This document shows, piece by piece, positions 58,591-64,000 of a stretch of 64,000 nucleotides of DNA (position 1 is its first letter; every line of letters starts with the position of its first letter). Location of the stretch: contig JAPZUA010000001.1 in NCBI GenBank assembly GCA_027532905.1, positions 1,111,950 to 1,175,949 on the forward strand, written 5' to 3'. Position numbers and translations under genes: made by a program. The notes beneath the pieces were generated by a model, which worked only from the letters and a program-made list of their open reading frames with translations, did no database searches and was not told the origin of the DNA. Source of the stretch: Magnetospirillum sp. GTDB lineage: Bacteria > Pseudomonadota > Alphaproteobacteria > CACIAM-22H2.

Positions 58591-59868
58591 TCAACCGAAC
58601 GTGGGCGATGGCAAGATACGCCCGCTGCAGGCGCCGAAGCCGATCCGATGGTCTTGCCCGCGTGCGTATCCCCGCAGCGTCACGACATCGCCGTCTTCGA
58701 TGAACGTGCGGCTCGCTCCCTCGTCCAGCCGTATCGGTCGTTTGCCGCCGTGGGTCAGCTCCAGCAGGGAGCCCTGACTTCCATCCGTCGGCCCCGAGAT
58801 CGTGCCTGAACCGATCAGGTCGCCAGTCTCCATCTTGCAGCCGCCGACCGCATGATGCGCGATCTGCTGCGCAGACGAATAGTACATCTCTCGGTAATTG
58901 GTCCGACTTACCGTGGTCGGCGCGTGCGCGCCGGTCGGCGTCAATTGAACCTCGAGATCGATGTCGTAGAGCATCGGACCGGGCTCATTAAGATACGGCA
59001 GTAGGGGACGCTCGCGCGGCGGCGTCGGAGTCCGGAACGGTTCCAGAGCGGCTGTCGTGACGATCCAGGGACTGATCGTCGTTGCGAAGACTTTCGATTG
59101 GAACGGGCCAAGCGGCTGATACTCCCAAGCTTGGATGTCCCGCGCAGACCAGTCGTTCAGGAGCACATAGCCAAACACCAATTCGTCGGCCTGTGCGACG
59201 GAGAGCGGTGTCCCCATTTCCGACGGCAAGCCAATGACCGCGCCCATCTCCAGCTCGAAATCCAGACGGCGGCACGGACCGAACACCGGCAGATCGGCGT
59301 CCGCAGGCTTCATCTGACCCAACGGTCGCCTGATCGGTGTGCCGTCGACGACAACCGTCGAGGCGCGTCCGTTGTAGCCGATCGGGATGCTGAGCCAGTT
59401 CGGCGGTAGCGCGTATTCGGGCCCTCGGAAAAGCGTGCCCACATTCACAGCGTGGTTCTTGCCGGCGTAGAAATCCGTGAATCCGGATACCTTGATCGGC
59501 AGATGCTGCACGACTTCGGACAGCGGTCGAAGAGCCCTGGAACACAAGGAGCGGCTACCGCTCAGGCGCGGATCGCCGCCGTCGATCAGTAGGTCGGTCA
59601 GGCGTTCACGGACCTGACGCCACTTACCACGCCCCCGCGCCATGAACCCGTTCAGCGCGGATGCCGCGAACACCGACGTCCAATCGCGGCCGAACCATCC
59701 TTCGCTCTCGAGTACCGACAGATCGAGGACGCTTTCACCGATGGCCACCCCGCAGCGTGGGGCTTCGCCTGCCGGGCTGAAGACACCATAAGGTAGGTTC
59801 CGAAGCGGAAATTCGCAGTCCGGGGCATTCGCATTTTCAAGCCAGCTCTTCATGTCGGCAGCGATCAT
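58591..59868 (-). CDS. fahA: Fumarylacetoacetase
   Basis: FPLRNLPYGVF, FTDFYAG, YNGRAST, LDFELEMG, NDWSARDIQ.WEY.PLGPF, GSGTISG. Confidence 0.92.
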   Translation of the reverse strand: MIAADMKSWLENANAPDCEFPLRNLPYGVFSPAGEAPRCGVAIGESVLDLSVLESEGWFGRDWTSVFAASALNGFMARGRGKWRQVRERLTDLLIDGGDPRLSGSRSLCSRALRPLSEVVQHLPIKVSGFTDFYAGKNHAVNVGTLFRGPEYALPPNWLSIPIGYNGRASTVVVDGTPIRRPLGQMKPADADLPVFGPCRRLDFELEMGAVIGLPSEMGTPLSVAQADELVFGYVLLNDWSARDIQAWEYQPLGPFQSKVFATTISPWIVTTAALEPFRTPTPPRERPLLPYLNEPGPMLYDIDLEVQLTPTGAHAPTTVSRTNYREMYYSSAQQIAHHAVGGCKMETGDLIGSGTISGPTDGSQGSLLELTHGGKRPIRLDEGASRTFIEDGDVVTLRGYARGQDHRIGFGACSGRILPSPTFG

Positions 59869-60047
59869 CCAATGCCACGCCTTTCAGGAAGTCGGCATGG
59901 CCAAATTGCGGGTTGTAGCTTTCGCCATTACCACACCTACTGCCAAGCTTCGCGACATCCAAGTCCCCTTGGGAGGGGACACAAAAATTAGCCTTCTTCA
60001 GCCTTCTTCGGGCCAAATCGGCGTTGAATCAGCCCCGAAAAAATCTG

Positions 60048-60821
60048 ATGATATCAATAATTAACGGGGTGGGGGGCTGCGCTGTGATCGAGAACATCAT
60101 TCTGGAAATCGGCAAACCCCGATTCTCAGCACAGCTTTTTGACGGCGTTAGTCGAGCACTGAACCTGCGGCAGATGGTGGCATACCGATTCGACCCGATC
60201 GGGAAAATCGAACTGCTGTTCGCAGCGAGTCGGGATGGCGAAGATGCGATGCACCGCGCCATTCGTGACTATTCGACAAGCCTCCATACGAGGGATCCCC
60301 TCCGCTGTTACCTTCAAGCGCAACGCGAGCGGCAGTTGCGCGTCCATCATGTTGAGGCCCGAACGATTTCCGACACGTATTTCCGCCAGAACCTCTATGT
60401 GTCGCAGCGCATAGCGAGCAAGACCGCCATCGTCATCCGCCGACCGGCTGACGCCATCGCAATCGGATTCTTCCGAGGCGACGATGCGGGCGAGTTCTCT
60501 GATCGACAGTGGGATTTCTTGAATCGGTCCGCCGGCGCCGTTGCAGCCGCCGTTGAACGACATATCGATCTCTGCCGCGAACCACCTGTCGCCGATTGGG
60601 GAAGCCGTCTCGAGTCCGTCGCGTGCAGTCAGCCCCTTTCGCGGCAGGAGATCGCTGTGTGCAGCCAGATTCTCGAGGGCTATTTCAACGAAGCGATCTC
60701 ACTCAATATGGGCATCTCGGTCCACTCAGTGATCACGTACCGACGGCGCGCCTTCGCTAAACTACGGGTCGGCACGCAGAACGAATTGTTCAATCTACTC
60801 CTGCGCGGGCGGGCCAACTAG
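60048..60821 (+). CDS. LuxR-type HTH regulator with an N-terminal GAF-like region
   Basis: C-terminal LSRQEIAVC..ILEG...ISLNMGISVHSVITYRRRAFAKL; start uncertain (60024-60084). Confidence 0.82.
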   Translation: MISIINGVGGCAVIENIILEIGKPRFSAQLFDGVSRALNLRQMVAYRFDPIGKIELLFAASRDGEDAMHRAIRDYSTSLHTRDPLRCYLQAQRERQLRVHHVEARTISDTYFRQNLYVSQRIASKTAIVIRRPADAIAIGFFRGDDAGEFSDRQWDFLNRSAGAVAAAVERHIDLCREPPVADWGSRLESVACSQPLSRQEIAVCSQILEGYFNEAISLNMGISVHSVITYRRRAFAKLRVGTQNELFNLLLRGRAN

Positions 60822-60945
60822 CGTCTAGTCTGCCGTGTCGCATCCGGAGGCGACTTGTCAGGGCAAGCCTCGCCTATAATTTCGATCCCTGATCGGACGG
60901 CGAAACCTCGGGCAATCGCTTGTCCGATCCGTTTAGGAGCTTCTT

Positions 60946-61863
60946 ATGGTCTATTGTGTAATTGGCGGCGCCGGTTTCATTGGTCGACGTGTCGTCCGCT
61001 CGCTTGCTGCTAAAGGGCACGAAGTCGTTTCCCTCGATATCGATTCGACACGACATTTCGACGATCTCGGAAGCCAGGTGCGGTCCGTCCGCATTGACCT
61101 CGCCCAGTTCGAGGACGTCGTAAGCGCATTCGCCGACCACCGGCCCGAAGCCGTCATCAATCTAAGCTACATGCGCGAGACGTTTCCACGGCCCGCCATG
61201 AAGGTTAATGTCCTCGGTATGGACAACTGCTTTGAAGCGGCACGCGTGTGCGGCGTCGAGCGCGTTGTCTATTCGAGTTCTATCGCGATTCACGGGCGTC
61301 AGGCGCCTTACGGCAGGCGAAAGATTACCGAAGACGACGCACCATTCCCCATCCGCCAATACTCCGTCCACAAGGTCTTCAACGAGTGGCAAGCGAAGGA
61401 ATATCGCGAGAAACACGGAATGTGCATCGCGGGCGTACGGGCGGCCCATGTCGCCGGCGTCGATAAGCTTATCGGTTCCGTCGATCACGTCGAGTGTATC
61501 GTGAAACCGGCGCTAGGACAGAAAGCGGAGTTCGAATTTCGCGACCAGATGCGTTGTGTCATCCACGCCGACGATGCGGCCGAAGTCTTCGTGCTGATCG
61601 CGCTCGCGCGCGCACCGAAGCACACGATCTACAATTCCGGTGGCGAAACGCTCAGCATCGGCGATATTGCAGAAATGGTCCGAAGCGAAATCCCTGATGC
61701 CGAGATCGCCTTCCGAAACGAGACAGGCGGTGAGGCACAATCGACAGCCTACCTGTTCGATAACAGCCGCTTCGTAAGTGAGTTTGGCTTCCAATTCATG
61801 CCGTATCGGCAACGTATTCCGCAGATGATCGACGAAGTACGCAAGCGACCATCGGGGACCTGA
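60946..61863 (+). CDS. NAD-dependent epimerase/dehydratase (extended SDR)
   Basis: GGAGFIG, YSSS, YSVHK. Confidence 0.88.
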   Translation: MVYCVIGGAGFIGRRVVRSLAAKGHEVVSLDIDSTRHFDDLGSQVRSVRIDLAQFEDVVSAFADHRPEAVINLSYMRETFPRPAMKVNVLGMDNCFEAARVCGVERVVYSSSIAIHGRQAPYGRRKITEDDAPFPIRQYSVHKVFNEWQAKEYREKHGMCIAGVRAAHVAGVDKLIGSVDHVECIVKPALGQKAEFEFRDQMRCVIHADDAAEVFVLIALARAPKHTIYNSGGETLSIGDIAEMVRSEIPDAEIAFRNETGGEAQSTAYLFDNSRFVSEFGFQFMPYRQRIPQMIDEVRKRPSGT

Positions 61864-61884
61864 GATCCACGCTTTGGCAACTCG

Positions 61885-63588
61885 TCAGGCACGTTTCCCA
61901 GCCATATGCCGTACAGCAGTATAGGCGAAAACAATCGCAGCTCCGATGTTGATGCCGCCCCCCGGGTAGAAACCGCGCATAACCGGCGAGATGTCCTGCC
62001 CGGAAGCGTAGAGTCCCTCGATCGGGTGATCATCGGACCCTACGACCTGGCTGTCCGCCGTCGCCTTCAAACCTATCGCGGTGCCCAGCGTTGAAGGATA
62101 AATCCGGAGCGCCACATAGGGCGGATTGCAGATCGGACCGAGATTTGGGTTGGGTTTTACTGATGGATCGCCGAGCATCTTAAACCCGAAAGGCGTGGTC
62201 CCGCGCCTGAAGTCAGGATCGAGTCCCGTGCGTGCATATTCGTTATTTTTTCTAACCGATTCAGTCAATCCGTTCGGATCGACGGCGATCTTTGCGGCAA
62301 GCTCCTCGATGCTTGAACCGACGACGATATAGCCGCTCCCTTCGTAAGGGCGAAGCGACGGTCGATAAGGCCGAATCATGCCCAGCCCCCAGCGCCAGAC
62401 GAACTTACGATCACAGATGAAGTAGAACCGGTTGCCGTCAGCAACTCCGTTCTTGAACATCGCAGCACCGATATCGTGGTAAGTTGAAGACTCATTTACG
62501 AACCGCTTCCCGGTTGCATCGACCGCAATCAGGCCAGGCTTCCCTCGATCTAGATAGCCATAGAGGATCGTTTCTTCGCTGCCATCCGGATGCTTTAGGA
62601 CAGACGATGGCTGCCACAGGCCGGAACCAACCACGTTGTCGTCGATCACGGCACCGATCTTTCGTGCCGCATTGATGCCTTGGCCGACATTCCCGATCCA
62701 GCCAACCGAATGGTCGTGCGGATGATTGGGACCTAGCTCGCGCCGCATTTCGGCGTTGTGAGGGAACCCACCGGTCCCAAGAAAAACGCCACGCAACGCG
62801 CGAATGCGACGTTTCGTACCGTCTTGATCCACGACGGCACCGATCACCTTTGAATCTTCGACAATCAGCTCGATGAGTGGCGATCGGACCCAAATGTCTG
62901 CTTTCATATTTCGCAGCGTAAGGAGCATCCGAGCGACGAGGGCGTTACCGGCGCCTATGTCCGTACCGCGTGAGTATCTGAGGCGATCCATCGCAAATCG
63001 CGCCACCGTAGAAACCACAGTCGCGAAGCCACTAATTGACCGGAACGGATTGAGGAAATTATCAACTTTGCGCTTGTCGATCGACATCCCACCCAGAAGC
63101 ATAAGGCGATGGATCGGCGGACGAAGAAGTTCGAAATCCTGTCCGAGTTTCCGCCCGTCGAAACGTCGCGGCTCAAGTGTCCGCCCTTCGAGAACACCAC
63201 CCTCCGTCTCTGCGTGGTAGTCGGGCCATTTCACGTAGTCGTAGACGACTTCGGTGTCGCGCTGTAGCTCCGCGATCGCTTTTGGGCCAGCCTCTAGGAA
63301 CGCCTCGACAAGATCAGAGCGGTAGTAGTTTCCAAGCTCGTTGCGTAGGTATATTCGCGCGTTCTCTACAGAATCCTGCGCACCCGCTGCCTTCGCTTGG
63401 TAAGTATTCGGCACCCACGCGAACCCACCAGACGTCGCCGTCGTTCCACCAATAACCGACATTTTTTCGCAGATAAGCACGCGGAGTTGCTGCTTGCGAG
63501 CGAAGATGCCCGCAGACAATCCGGCAGCACCGCTTCCGAATACCAGCAGGTCTGTCTCGTGGTCCCAGTTGGTGCTTGATGCTGTCAT
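61885..63588 (-). CDS. FAD-dependent oxidoreductase (3-ketosteroid-delta1-dehydrogenase / fumarate-reductase-like)
   Basis: FGSGAAGL, GGTTATSGG, GNALVARM, GTGGFPHN, YPGGGINIG. Confidence 0.85.
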   Translation of the reverse strand: MTASSTNWDHETDLLVFGSGAAGLSAGIFARKQQLRVLICEKMSVIGGTTATSGGFAWVPNTYQAKAAGAQDSVENARIYLRNELGNYYRSDLVEAFLEAGPKAIAELQRDTEVVYDYVKWPDYHAETEGGVLEGRTLEPRRFDGRKLGQDFELLRPPIHRLMLLGGMSIDKRKVDNFLNPFRSISGFATVVSTVARFAMDRLRYSRGTDIGAGNALVARMLLTLRNMKADIWVRSPLIELIVEDSKVIGAVVDQDGTKRRIRALRGVFLGTGGFPHNAEMRRELGPNHPHDHSVGWIGNVGQGINAARKIGAVIDDNVVGSGLWQPSSVLKHPDGSEETILYGYLDRGKPGLIAVDATGKRFVNESSTYHDIGAAMFKNGVADGNRFYFICDRKFVWRWGLGMIRPYRPSLRPYEGSGYIVVGSSIEELAAKIAVDPNGLTESVRKNNEYARTGLDPDFRRGTTPFGFKMLGDPSVKPNPNLGPICNPPYVALRIYPSTLGTAIGLKATADSQVVGSDDHPIEGLYASGQDISPVMRGFYPGGGINIGAAIVFAYTAVRHMAGKRA

Positions 63589-63647
63589 TTTTAAGTTCCT
63601 TGTCCGGTCCATCGCCGGATATCCGGTGATCGGCTTGGATTTCTGGT

Positions 63648-64000
63648 TCAGGCGCCGTCGCCATGTTTAGCGTCGCTCGGTGCCGGCGGGTCTTCGACGA
63701 AGACATCCCGAACGAGCTCTGGATCTACCTTGATCGATACCCCGGCCCGCTCTTGAGGAAGGAGCATAACGGAGCGAGCATCTCTACCACCCCAACCGCG
63801 GTTCATCGCCTCGAGGATATCGGCAAGCGCGAGATTGGCGATCCGCATAGGTACGCGCAGTTCACGACCGAGTTCGGTCGCGAGCTTCAGATCTTTCTCA
63901 ACGATTTCCAGTGAAGCATGCGGCGGATCAAAGTTCGCCGGCAGGAATTCGTCTGCAAGGCCGTCAAACGTCCGTCGTCGGCCGATCGACCCTTGACGAA
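63648..64000 (-). CDS. 3-hydroxyisobutyrate-dehydrogenase-family protein, C-terminal part (5' end outside the window)
   Basis: Frame open to the edge: RQGSIGRRRTFDGLADEFLPANFDPP..KDLKLATELGRELRVPM. Confidence 0.75.
   Translation of the reverse strand, partial: RQGSIGRRRTFDGLADEFLPANFDPPHASLEIVEKDLKLATELGRELRVPMRIANLALADILEAMNRGWGGRDARSVMLLPQERAGVSIKVDPELVRDVFVEDPPAPSDAKHGDGA

Larger units (their letters stand above)
8590..64000. mobile_element. Genomic island attached at tRNA-Ala(GGC); right end outside the window
   Basis: Visible drop in GC after the tRNA; excisionase, tyrosine recombinase, IS relics and accessory catabolic cargo; no second att copy found. Confidence 0.7.

Noticed and set aside
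1..64000. CRISPR array, rRNA, prophage structural genes, conjugation genes
   Set aside because: No regularly spaced repeat-spacer array, rRNA-like sequence, or capsid/terminase/T4SS/relaxase motifs were seen

Overview
High-GC alphaproteobacterial chromosome segment (Rhodospirillales-like gene order). Bases 1-8589 are core genome: rlmJ (partial), a two-domain cold-shock protein, ornithine cyclodeaminase-family gene, lapA-like, ihfB, sppA, rpsA, cmk, aroA, TIGR02300 and tRNA-Ala(GGC). From about 8590 to beyond the window end lies a visibly lower-GC genomic island attached at the tRNA. Its left 5.5 kb is a mobility/regulatory module: att-arm-like repeats, an excisionase, and an XRE repressor divergent from a protease-less Lon-type AAA+ ATPase. 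In that ATPase the Walker A Thr and Walker B Asp appear reciprocally swapped (GKD / TE), and it is driven by a near-consensus sigma70 promoter with a perfect operator in its spacer. The XRE-ATPase cassette is bracketed by a 92-bp inverted repeat pair and followed by an atypical tyrosine recombinase; this module is the best candidate for an undescribed system. The remaining ~50 kb is a catabolic cluster, probably for N-heteroaromatic compounds. It holds three different molybdo-hydroxylase large subunits with two FAD/Fe-S subunit sets and CoxG, two dihydroxyphthalate-decarboxylase-like proteins, an alpha/beta hydrolase, amidases with an AtzG-like partner, 2OG/TauD dioxygenases, TRAP/ABC/MFS transporters, tcuAB and fahA. 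A recurring 16-bp palindrome GTWC-N8-GWAC in its intergenic regions suggests one regulon. All family calls come from motif recognition by eye; no database searches were run.
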